Shown: one piece after another, positions 56,501 through 64,000 of the stretch
How the letters are laid out: every line of letters starts with the position of its first letter
Position numbering within the stretch: position 1 is the stretch's first letter
NCBI GenBank assembly: GCA_036677065.1
Contig: JAKFBS010000004.1
Coordinates: 320,001-384,000 of the forward strand
Direction of reading: 5' to 3'
Length of the DNA stretch: 64,000 nucleotides
From: Bdellovibrio sp.
Lineage (GTDB): Bacteria > Bdellovibrionota > Bdellovibrionia > Bdellovibrionales > Bdellovibrionaceae
The notes under the pieces: model-generated
Seen by the model: only the letters and a program-made list of their open reading frames with translations
Database searches by the model: none
Told to the model about the DNA's origin: nothing
Translations under genes and position numbers: made by a program

Positions 56501-58789
56501 GGTCCGGCTGATTACAGTCAGCGAATATTAAGTCACTCTGATCCTATCGTGTTGGCGTGGGGTTCTTTTTACAGATTGCAATCAAATATATTTTTCAATG
56601 AATTTGAAAAGGCTGAAAAAGAGTCTGAAATTTTTGGTACCTTTGTTTTTCATTTGCGCGGACAGCCAATTGAGCTGGAGTATGCTTTTTTCACAGGACT
56701 AGCTATAACAGGATCCTGGGACAAGACAAATCCAGAACAGCAAAATAGCTTTTTACCAAAACTCAAAAAAATTGAGAAAGATTTGCGGGACTGGGCAGAT
56801 CTTAATCCTGAGAATTTCAGGTATCGATGGCTGCTTATCGCGGCAGAAGTTGCGCGTGTCGAAAAAAATTATTTTCAAGCCCAGCTTCTTTACACGAAAG
56901 CCATTCAGGCAACTATTGATGCCAAGTGCGTACACATGACAGCTCTCTGTTATGAGCGGGCCGCAGAATTTTACAAAACTCAAAAGCTGGATTTGATATA
57001 TGAGACTTACATTAAAAAATCTTACATCAGTTACCTTCAGTGGGGTGCTACTGCAAAAGCCGCGCAGCTAGCTAAGGCTAACGTAGATCTTGATCCAAAA
57101 TTAGTGTCACCGATGACATCATTATTAAGCGATACAGTCAGCGCAAAGTCAGAACAACTTGATTTTCTATCTATCATCAAAGCTTCGCAAATCATTTCCG
57201 GAAAAATAGATTTTGAGGAATTGGTACCCACACTGTTGAAAGTGATCATGGAACAAAGTGGCGCTCGTAAGGCTGTGCTCGCCTTGTGGAAGGATGAGGC
57301 TTTGTCGCTTGAGGCGATCGTGAAAGTTGGAATTAGCGGTTACGAAACTGAAATGCTACATTCAGTTAAAATAGATTCATCACCCGAAATTCCAAAATCA
57401 ATTTTGCGCTATGTTCAGCGAGTAAAAGAAGCCGTTATTTTTAATGATGCAAGTACTGATGCCGCCCAGTTTTCGGCTGATGAATACATAATACATGCGA
57501 AACCAAAGGCTTTATTGAGTCTACCTATTCTGCGCGGCCAAGAGTTAGTCGGTGTTCTTTATCTTGAAAATGATGTTACGCACGGAGTTTTTTCAGAAAG
57601 TCGGTTATCTGCGCTGCAGTTGATCGCAGCACAAGTCGCAGTGTCACTGCAAAATGCTTTGTATTATAAAGCATTACGTTCAAGTCAAAAACAGTTGCAG
57701 TCAATAATAGATTCAACAACGTCGGTAATTGTTGTCAGAGATCTTCAAGGTCGATTTGTTTTAGTGAATAAGCAGTTTGAACTTATTTTAGGCCTGTCAG
57801 AGGAAAATATTATTGGTAAAACAGATTACGATATTTTTTCTAAAGATTTAGCGGATAAAATACGAAGCCAAGAATTAAAAGTTCTTGAGACAAAAGCTCC
57901 GGTTGAACAGGAAATTTTATCTCCGTACGGCGAAAGCAATCAAACTTATTTAACAACTAAGTTTCCCCTCTATACTGAAGATAATAAGCCCTATGCAATT
58001 TGTACGATAGCCACAGACATCAGTGTCCGGATTCGAATTGAAAAAGAACGTGAAGCCTTGCTTGAAGCCACACAAAAATCGGTTAAAGTAAGGGATGACT
58101 TTATTGCAATTGTATCTCACGAATTGCGGACGCCGCTAACTCCTTTAAAGTTATCTTTAGATATGCTGGGCATGAATTTACAGAAAGTTGGCGCGGCTGA
58201 ATTACCTAAACTTGGCGGGCTAATTAAAGCTTTTGAAAAAACAGAAAAAATTGTGGGGCGGTTAAGTAAGTTAACTGAGGATATTCTCGATGTTTCGACA
58301 ATTGCTTCTGATAGATTAATACTAAAATGCGCCGAAGTTGATTTAGTGAAGTTAGTTCGTGAAACCGCGGATAGCTTCAGTGAAGCGCTTTCTAAGAACC
58401 GTTGTAATTTAGAAATAAAGATTGAAAATGAACCTATTATTGGCTTGTGGGATAAAGCTCGAATACAACAAGTCATTGAGAACCTGTTGAGTAATGCAAT
58501 AAAATATGGCCCGGGCATGCCTATTGAGATTGTTCTTATAAAGACAGGTGCCTGGATAAAACTTGAAATTAGTGATCATGGTGTTGGTATCGCCCCAGCA
58601 GAACAAACGAGAATATTTGAACGTTTTGAACGTGCGGTATCTATAAATAATTACGGCGGCTTGGGCCTTGGACTATATATAGCCCGCGCTATAGTTGTCG
58701 CCCATGGAGGATCGATCACCGTGCGAAGTGAACTTAAAAAAGGCTCGACATTTAGCATTCAACTTCCAGTGTCTTACGTTAAAAAATAA
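53564..58789 (+). CDS. Multidomain Ser/Thr kinase-like / AAA ATPase / GAF / PAS / histidine kinase
   Basis: HKDIKPKN, YMSPEQTGRMN, GYSGVGKS, LDDLQW, GNPFF, GVLYLEN (GAF), PAS, SHELRTPL, NAIKY, GLGLGL; TTG 53513 is an alternative start. Confidence 0.92.
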   Translation: MSESLNESSLDRYLKSPLEIEVFFNFAISIVRALSDFHRKGLIHKDIKPKNIFFNSELTKARLGGLSLVSSVQTTASNLTEGTFAYMSPEQTGRMNWPVDRRSDLYSIGTIFFEMLSGELPFSANTPLEWVYNHIARAPEITKLSKLEVPEILMQIIVKLMAKIADDRYQTADGLLYDLEYCQAEWNKNGHIDLFVLGQKDFPDQLLIPQKLYGREEEISFLFESFKRVLKNKKQELVLISGYSGVGKSALVNELQRPIFRVQGLFITGKFDQYKKNAPFLTFVQAFDKLILNLLIQSEAEVADWSKKLKNALGENAQLLVEVIPQLELLVGPQPPVAELPPLESLNRFRSVFLNFIRVFTQHEHPLTIFLDDLQWVDMASLGLLKNLATASDIGSLLIIGSYRDNEVDENHMLSFALRDLKKTNAIVSNIFLAPLTFEKLNSLVADTLKISEDKVQSLAKLIFEKTDGNPFFVIQLLKVLFDEGSLSYSRKNLTWQWDLEKIRSKEYADNILQLVIQKIKSLPISAQDLLKGMACLGNTVSKNDLKIIFDYSEEFITSTLAIAQDNGILAVDGDICKFMHDQLHEAAYSLISPGQHAEAHLYISQVMLSRFSKEKIDSRIFDVVEQINQSSQLFVEANQKNQGAELNLIAAEKAKASTAFKAAAHYCTQGLKILPSDSISERFELFFSLSLLQVQCELATGNFETAERLLPAVLKNARSKIDQASARQVQINIHAAKGQFEKALNAAIELLKMYDLEVSINPPASEVEKIDKNLWTRMTKMGNKALQQLPTRSEEHKDIEIVMEVLSNILPSAYFINVHMHRLVACHMMDLTLRYGVFQMSPVGLMAYALELNIQKRYKDAEELGACARHLVEKYQLQICRSKVFQLLGAILYPWTSSFAAALAALDEAIVAENGDVIFKSLAHLYKMLLLAEIGTELNELSAATDRALLYIESREIHIFGEPLISLQKFISELKGTNGPADYSQRILSHSDPIVLAWGSFYRLQSNIFFNEFEKAEKESEIFGTFVFHLRGQPIELEYAFFTGLAITGSWDKTNPEQQNSFLPKLKKIEKDLRDWADLNPENFRYRWLLIAAEVARVEKNYFQAQLLYTKAIQATIDAKCVHMTALCYERAAEFYKTQKLDLIYETYIKKSYISYLQWGATAKAAQLAKANVDLDPKLVSPMTSLLSDTVSAKSEQLDFLSIIKASQIISGKIDFEELVPTLLKVIMEQSGARKAVLALWKDEALSLEAIVKVGISGYETEMLHSVKIDSSPEIPKSILRYVQRVKEAVIFNDASTDAAQFSADEYIIHAKPKALLSLPILRGQELVGVLYLENDVTHGVFSESRLSALQLIAAQVAVSLQNALYYKALRSSQKQLQSIIDSTTSVIVVRDLQGRFVLVNKQFELILGLSEENIIGKTDYDIFSKDLADKIRSQELKVLETKAPVEQEILSPYGESNQTYLTTKFPLYTEDNKPYAICTIATDISVRIRIEKEREALLEATQKSVKVRDDFIAIVSHELRTPLTPLKLSLDMLGMNLQKVGAAELPKLGGLIKAFEKTEKIVGRLSKLTEDILDVSTIASDRLILKCAEVDLVKLVRETADSFSEALSKNRCNLEIKIENEPIIGLWDKARIQQVIENLLSNAIKYGPGMPIEIVLIKTGAWIKLEISDHGVGIAPAEQTRIFERFERAVSINNYGGLGLGLYIARAIVVAHGGSITVRSELKKGSTFSIQLPVSYVKK

Positions 58790-58850
58790 AAAAGGAGAGT
58801 TGTTACACTCTCCTTTTGCTCGTGTTTTCGGTTTACAATGTAAACCGAAA
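58790..58850. terminator. Two consecutive hairpins between convergent genes
   Basis: AAAAGGAGAGT...ACTCTCCTTTT (58790-58817) and TTTCGGTTTAC-AAT-GTAAACCGAAA (58826-58850). Confidence 0.85.
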
Positions 58851-58882
58851 TACAGAGTGATGAAATTTGCTACTAATATTAA

Positions 58883-60874
58883 CTAGTCACGTGAACGAGG
58901 TGGGCCTGATGGACGACCACCGCGTGATCCTCCGCCGCCGAAACTGCGTCCGCCACCAGATGATGGACGACCTGCGCCGCCACGACCACCACGGAAACCG
59001 CGTGCATCGCCGCCACCTTCAGAACGTGGCGCATCGCCATCGAAACTGCGTTGTGGACGGTCATTAGAAAAGCTAGGACGATCGCCACCGAAAGATGGAC
59101 GATCTTCACGAGGACGATCGAACGAACGTTGTGGACGATCAGCGCCAGCGCCGAATCCACCGCGGTCATTACCACGGAAACCCCATGGACGGCCTTCGCC
59201 AGAAGCGCGTTCTGGACGGTCTCCGCCACGGTCATCACGGTTAAAGCTACGCTCTGGACGATCGCCGCCACCGAAATCACGAGGACCACGATCGCGAGAG
59301 AATCCACCACGAGAACCGCCGCGGTCATTACCACGGAAGCCACCGCCGCCGAAACCACGACGTTCGCCACGGCCTTCGCCACCACGGTCATCATAATTTC
59401 CTTCAGAACGGTTTCCAGTTGATTCGCCACGCTCGCGTAATTCTAATGAACGAGGTTGTTTCATGCGAAGTTCTTCGCCTTGGCCAATGTAGTTTAAAGC
59501 TTTTGCTAACCACTGTTTTGTTTCAGAAGTAAGATCAGCCATGCCATCTAATTGATCGATCGCTTTTTCAAATTTAGAAGTGTCTTTTTCATGCATCTTC
59601 ATAGCCGCGATCTGTTTTAACCAATTTAATTTCATATTGATTTGAACATCTTCAACTAAAGGAATTTTTAAACCTTTGAATTTGAAATTTAAAGCGCGTT
59701 CAAAGCGTGATAATTTTCCAGATTCTTTTGGTTTAACCATTGTCCATACGATACCGGCTTTACCAGCACGTGCTGTACGACCAATACGGTGAGTGTATGT
59801 TTCTGTATCCCAAGGGATTTCGAAATTCACAACGTGAGTTAAATCCTGGATATCTAATCCGCGAGCTGCAACGTCAGTAGCAACTAAGATTTTAGTGCGT
59901 TTAGATTTCATGCGCTCAATCGTGCGCGTACGGTCAGCCTGAACTTTATCGCCGTGAAGTGAATCAACGTCTAAGCCTAATGAGCGTAAGCGCAATTCTA
60001 ATTCAGCAACTTGTTTTTTAGTCGTTGCGAAGATGATACCGTAGAAATCCTGAGTGTTTTTGATTAATAAAGATAAAGCATCTTCTTTATCTTCTTCAAA
60101 AATCACGCAGGCAAATGATTCAACATTTGATTTTTCTTGGTGAGTATTTAAAGTTACTTCTTCAGCGTCTTTTAAATATTTAGACGATAAAGATTTAATT
60201 GCGCGAGACATAGTTGCAGAGAACAACCATGTTTTTAAATCTGTTTTAGCAGATGCTTTCCAGATTGTTTCTAAAGCTTCTTCGAAACCAAAAGATAACA
60301 TTTCATCGGCTTCATCTAAAACTAAGTATTTCACGTCTTTAAGATCAACGATTTTTTGTTCCATAAGATCGACTAAACGACCTGGAGTAGAAACTAATAC
60401 TTCTGGATTAGCGCGGATGTTTTTGATTTGGCGTTCGTAAGATTCACCACCAACAACAGTAGTTACTTTGATTTTTTTGAATTCACCAAAGTTACGGATG
60501 TGGGCAGCAACTTGCTGAGCTAACTCTCGCGTTGGGCAAAGAACTAAAGCTTGTAAGCCAGCTCCTGCAGTGATTTTTTCGATAACCGGTAAACCGAACG
60601 CTGCGGTTTTTCCAGTTCCTGTTTTAGCTAAAGCCACGATGTCTGTGTCTTTTTCTAATAAAAGCGGGATACAGGCTTTTTGAACCGGTGTCGCTTTCGT
60701 AAAGTTTAATTTAGTTAAAGCCTTATGAACTTCAGCAGATAAGGCAAATTCCAAGAAATCTGATGCGATTTCGGTTCCTTCTTGTGCGTCCATTTCAATA
60801 ATTGGCTCAACTGTTTTTTTCGGTGCTTCTACTGCTAATTCAGCCGTAGGCTCCATGTTTTCTGTGTTATTCAC
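58883..60874 (-). CDS. DEAD-box RNA helicase with long RGG/RS-rich C-terminal tail
   Basis: AKTGTGKT, PTRELA, TPGR, DEAD, SAT, ARGLD, HRIGRTARAG; GTG 60874 follows an AAAGGG RBS (exact start uncertain). Confidence 0.96.
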   Translation of the reverse strand: MNNTENMEPTAELAVEAPKKTVEPIIEMDAQEGTEIASDFLEFALSAEVHKALTKLNFTKATPVQKACIPLLLEKDTDIVALAKTGTGKTAAFGLPVIEKITAGAGLQALVLCPTRELAQQVAAHIRNFGEFKKIKVTTVVGGESYERQIKNIRANPEVLVSTPGRLVDLMEQKIVDLKDVKYLVLDEADEMLSFGFEEALETIWKASAKTDLKTWLFSATMSRAIKSLSSKYLKDAEEVTLNTHQEKSNVESFACVIFEEDKEDALSLLIKNTQDFYGIIFATTKKQVAELELRLRSLGLDVDSLHGDKVQADRTRTIERMKSKRTKILVATDVAARGLDIQDLTHVVNFEIPWDTETYTHRIGRTARAGKAGIVWTMVKPKESGKLSRFERALNFKFKGLKIPLVEDVQINMKLNWLKQIAAMKMHEKDTSKFEKAIDQLDGMADLTSETKQWLAKALNYIGQGEELRMKQPRSLELRERGESTGNRSEGNYDDRGGEGRGERRGFGGGGFRGNDRGGSRGGFSRDRGPRDFGGGDRPERSFNRDDRGGDRPERASGEGRPWGFRGNDRGGFGAGADRPQRSFDRPREDRPSFGGDRPSFSNDRPQRSFDGDAPRSEGGGDARGFRGGRGGAGRPSSGGGRSFGGGGSRGGRPSGPPRSRD

Positions 60875-61111
60875 GATCGTCCCTTTTGGTGTGTCGTCGA
60901 CACTACCTATGCGCATATATTTGCCCGCGTTATTTCACGGATCTATCTGCTGTTTATTGAGGGCATAAAGTCGCACCGGATTGCTTAGTAGTAAAGCATT
61001 TTACTGCCTTATGGTATTTAAGCCATCCTGGTGAATTATTTATATGTTTTGGACTGCGTAATTTAGAACCGTTAGAAAGAGTCAGCAGGGCTGAACAACA
61101 CTAGGATACCG

Positions 61112-61438
61112 TTATACGTTGAAGCTTGAACCGCAACCACAATTCTTCGTGGCGTTCGGGTTATTGAAAACAAAGCCTTTTCCGTTTAGTCCGCCAGAAA
61201 AATCCAGCGTCATCCCAATTAAATACAGAAGACTTTGGCCATCAACAATGAGTTTTTGTCCGTTAGATTCAAAGACTTGGTCGCCCTCTTTGGCCTCAGA
61301 ACCGAAATCCATTTTATACGATAAACCAGAACAACCACCTTTTTTTACTTCGACTCTCAAAGCGGCTGTTTCGGGTTTGCCTTCCTCAGATTTGAGGGAA
61401 GCTAATTTGGATGCTGCGGATTCTGAAATTTGAATCAT
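61112..61438 (-). CDS. HesB/IscA/ErpA-family Fe-S cluster carrier
   Basis: GGCSGLSY, NPNA..CGCGSSF. Confidence 0.95.
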   Translation of the reverse strand: MIQISESAASKLASLKSEEGKPETAALRVEVKKGGCSGLSYKMDFGSEAKEGDQVFESNGQKLIVDGQSLLYLIGMTLDFSGGLNGKGFVFNNPNATKNCGCGSSFNV

Positions 61439-61508
61439 GGGTCCACTATACCGCAAGATACGGCACTTGGCTAGGACCCATTAGGACTTTAAAAAGATTA
61501 TAAACGAA

Positions 61509-61913
61509 CTAGAAGCGTTTAACAGCTTCGCCCCATAAGTGAATTTGAACTGCATCCTGTTTGAAATTAAGCACAAAGTCACCCGAATCATGACCTTCGA
61601 ATGCTGGCCAGTAAACAACTTCGATTTGGCAATGTTGTCCCGGTAATAAAGTTCCTGTGCAGCTATGGCGGCCTCTGAAGTCAAAACTTCCGTACATATT
61701 AGCACTTACGTAATCAAGATTTTCGTCACCTGTGTTCGTGATCGTCCAACGAACGGCATTGTGCGAGTTTACAAACACACGGCCAAACCAGTGCGAAGTA
61801 TAATCTTGCGCAGATACAGATTCTAACTCTGGAGTTACTTCGATTTGGGCTGCTGCGTGAACGGCTTGGTTCAAGCTTAGTGTAGCGACTAATACTAAGA
61901 AAAATTTTGTCAT
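61509..61913 (-). CDS. Small secreted single Ig-like (ASH / choice-of-anchor D-like) domain protein
   Basis: Signal peptide; FGRV...TITNTG...C.GTLLPGQHCQIEVVYWP...G..SG pattern. Confidence 0.7.
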   Translation of the reverse strand: MTKFFLVLVATLSLNQAVHAAAQIEVTPELESVSAQDYTSHWFGRVFVNSHNAVRWTITNTGDENLDYVSANMYGSFDFRGRHSCTGTLLPGQHCQIEVVYWPAFEGHDSGDFVLNFKQDAVQIHLWGEAVKRF

Positions 61914-62001
61914 ATGAAATCCCTTTCACAAATGGTGATACGCAGATTGCATCAACTTTTTTTACCTTTGTCCAACAAAGATATTGTGCTTCAATTAATT
62001 C

Positions 62002-64000
62002 ATGGCAAAAACCACTCCGTTTTTTCAACCGTATTTCACTGTTGACCGCAAATCACCGTATTTTAAGGTGAAAACTTTTGAAGCGGTGATCAAAGACTCG
62101 CAGAATCGAATTTATTTCGAAAAACATGGCGTGAATGCCCCAGAACACTGGTCGCAAACGGCCGTAGACATTGCAGCCAGTAAGTATTTTCGCAAAAGCG
62201 AGAAAAAAGAAAATTCGATTTTTGCCTTAGTGAATCGTATTGCAGCAGGGCTTAGAACTGCGGCCACGAATTCAAAGCTATTTAGCAGCGCAAAAGAAAT
62301 TGACTCGTTTATTAATGAAATTACCTTTCACTTGTTAAACCAATCAGCGGCTTTTAATTCGCCGGTGTGGTTTAACTGCGGTTTGCATGAAACCTATAAA
62401 GTTTCATCGACCAGCCATCACTTTGCCTGGGATTATAAGAATAAAAAAGTAACTGAAATCACTGATGCTTTTAAAAGACCGCAATGTTCAGCGTGTTTTA
62501 TTCAATCAGTCGATGATTCTTTAGAGTCTATTTTTGATTTAGTTAAAACTGAAGCCAAACTTTTTAAATATGGTTCAGGTTCTGGAACTAATTTTTCAAC
62601 TTTACGCAGTAAATATGAAAATTTAAATTCAGGTGGCACAAGTTCTGGATTAATTTCTTTTTTAGAGATTTTAGATAAATCTGCTGGCGCTATTAAATCC
62701 GGTGGGACAACTCGCAGAGCGGCTAAAATGGTTTGTGTCGACATGGATCATCCTGAAATTTCAGAATTCATTTCCTGGAAAATGAAAGAAGAAAAAAAAG
62801 CGCACGCTTTAATAGCTCAAGGCTATTCAGCAGAACTTGACGGTGAGTCTTATCACACAGTATCTGGTCAAAATGCCAATAACTCGGTTCGTATTTCAAA
62901 TAAGTTTATGCACGCCTTAGAGAAAAACACGCAGTGGGCTTTGAAATCGCGCATCAACGGTAGAACGGTTTCAGAAGTCACCGCTGATGCCCTTTGGACA
63001 AAGCTTTGTCAGGCGGCCTGGCATTGCGCTGACCCTGGTGTGCAATTTAGCGATACGATTAATAAGTTTCACACCTGTAAAGAAACAGCACCGATCAATG
63101 CCAGTAACCCTTGCTCTGAGTATATGTTTTTAGATGATTCGGCTTGTAATTTAGCTTCGTTAAATTTAGTAAAATTTTTTGACAATGCAAAACCAGGTGA
63201 TGAGAAGTTTAAAATTCATGAGTTTTTATTAACCGTTAAAACTTTTATTTTAGCGCAAGAATTTTTTGTCGATTATTCAAGTTATCCGACTGAAGAAATC
63301 GCACAAAACTCGCATGATTATCGCCCCTTGGGCTTGGGCTACGCCAATCTCGGAAGTCTGCTAATGCAAATGGGTTTAGCTTATGATAGCGATCATGCCA
63401 GAGCTTTTGCCGGAGCCATGACTGCGATGATGACGGGTATGGCTTATTACACCAGTAGTGAATTAGCAGCTAAACTAAAACCTTTTTCAGGCTTTAAGAA
63501 AAACAAAAAATCAATGATGGGTGTGATGAAGCTGCATCAAAAAGCTTTAAAAAATATCCAGTGGGATTTATTGCCTCCGGTGTACAAAGATATTTGCCAA
63601 AATATCTGGAGTGAAGTTTTAGTGATGGGTGAAAAGCACGGATTTAGAAATGCGCAAGTGAGTGTTATCGCACCCACTGGAACCATTGGGCTTGTGATGG
63701 ATTGTGATACAACTGGTATTGAGCCAGATTTTTCACTAATCAAACGCAAAAAATTATCTGGTGGCGGGCAAATCAAGATCGTCAATCAATCGGTGAAAGT
63801 AGCTTTAGATAATTTAGGTTATTCTTCTGTTGACCGTGATAAAATTTTATTTCAAATCGAAAATGGTGAAGATTTTATTGCTGGTCCTGTTTTACGAAAA
63901 GAACACAGGAAAATATTTTTTACCGCTGCAGGAACCACGCAAACCGGAGACGATGTACTATCGCCGGACGCCCACATTTTGATGATGGCTGCGGTGCAAC
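62002..64000 (+). CDS. nrdJ: Adenosylcobalamin-dependent (class II) ribonucleotide reductase, 3' end outside window
   Basis: Manual translation from ATG 62002: WSQTAVDIAASKYFR, FNSPVWFN, PQCSACFI, GGTTRRAAKM, SNPCSEY, ACNLAS, IAPTGTI; missing from the ORF track because no stop is reached. Confidence 0.95.
   Translation, partial: MAKTTPFFQPYFTVDRKSPYFKVKTFEAVIKDSQNRIYFEKHGVNAPEHWSQTAVDIAASKYFRKSEKKENSIFALVNRIAAGLRTAATNSKLFSSAKEIDSFINEITFHLLNQSAAFNSPVWFNCGLHETYKVSSTSHHFAWDYKNKKVTEITDAFKRPQCSACFIQSVDDSLESIFDLVKTEAKLFKYGSGSGTNFSTLRSKYENLNSGGTSSGLISFLEILDKSAGAIKSGGTTRRAAKMVCVDMDHPEISEFISWKMKEEKKAHALIAQGYSAELDGESYHTVSGQNANNSVRISNKFMHALEKNTQWALKSRINGRTVSEVTADALWTKLCQAAWHCADPGVQFSDTINKFHTCKETAPINASNPCSEYMFLDDSACNLASLNLVKFFDNAKPGDEKFKIHEFLLTVKTFILAQEFFVDYSSYPTEEIAQNSHDYRPLGLGYANLGSLLMQMGLAYDSDHARAFAGAMTAMMTGMAYYTSSELAAKLKPFSGFKKNKKSMMGVMKLHQKALKNIQWDLLPPVYKDICQNIWSEVLVMGEKHGFRNAQVSVIAPTGTIGLVMDCDTTGIEPDFSLIKRKKLSGGGQIKIVNQSVKVALDNLGYSSVDRDKILFQIENGEDFIAGPVLRKEHRKIFFTAAGTTQTGDDVLSPDAHILMMAAVQ

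Noticed and set aside
58867..59430. ORFs 58879..59430 (-), 59051..59422 (+), 58867..59067 (+) and GC-rich repeats
   Set aside because: Shadow frames of the helicase RGG/DRP low-complexity tail
61974..61989. Possible NrdR box upstream of nrdJ (AACAAAGATATTGTGC)
   Set aside because: The right half matches but the conserved C of the left half is displaced, and I see no second box; too weak to call
1..64000. tRNA, rRNA, transposase, integrase, prophage or defence-system genes
   Set aside because: No recognisable motifs; intergenic gaps are short and mostly accounted for, though a diverged small RNA could be missed by eye

Overview
An AT-rich bacterial chromosome segment. Gene content points to a predatory Bdellovibrionota (Bdellovibrio/Pseudobdellovibrio-like) genome; this is inference from many secreted hypothetical proteins, minor pilins, an alpha2-type GlyRS next to ppdK, and the smc-ftsY-zapA-ygfA-rny-tyrS order. 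Housekeeping genes: rpe (partial), hutH/hutU/hutI, sucA-sucB-lpdA, gpmA, glpK, glyQS, ppdK, smc, ftsY, zapA, rny, tyrS, a DEAD-box helicase, an IscA/ErpA-type carrier and a class II ribonucleotide reductase that runs off the window end and is absent from the ORF track. I see no rRNA, tRNA, CRISPR array, transposase or prophage. Most notable observations: (1) a secreted protein with a perfectly mirror-symmetric 14-Cys ladder, predicting a roughly 30 nm disulfide-stapled beta-hairpin needle; (2) a four-gene two-component module whose divergent promoters share the same tandem-repeat architecture and drive a small secreted His/Pro-rich protein and a large secreted Q/N/Y/G-rich protein; (3) a minor-pilin cluster with a 1029-aa PilX-like subunit, beside a protein carrying an FrpC-type self-processing module (Ser-Pro instead of Asp-Pro) and a divergent lytic transglycosylase; (4) a diguanylate cyclase with a signal peptide; (5) a serpin inside the hut operon; (6) an RNase Y with a degenerate HD active site; (7) a candidate sRNA and several apparently leaderless genes. 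All assignments come from motif recognition by eye; no database searches were run.
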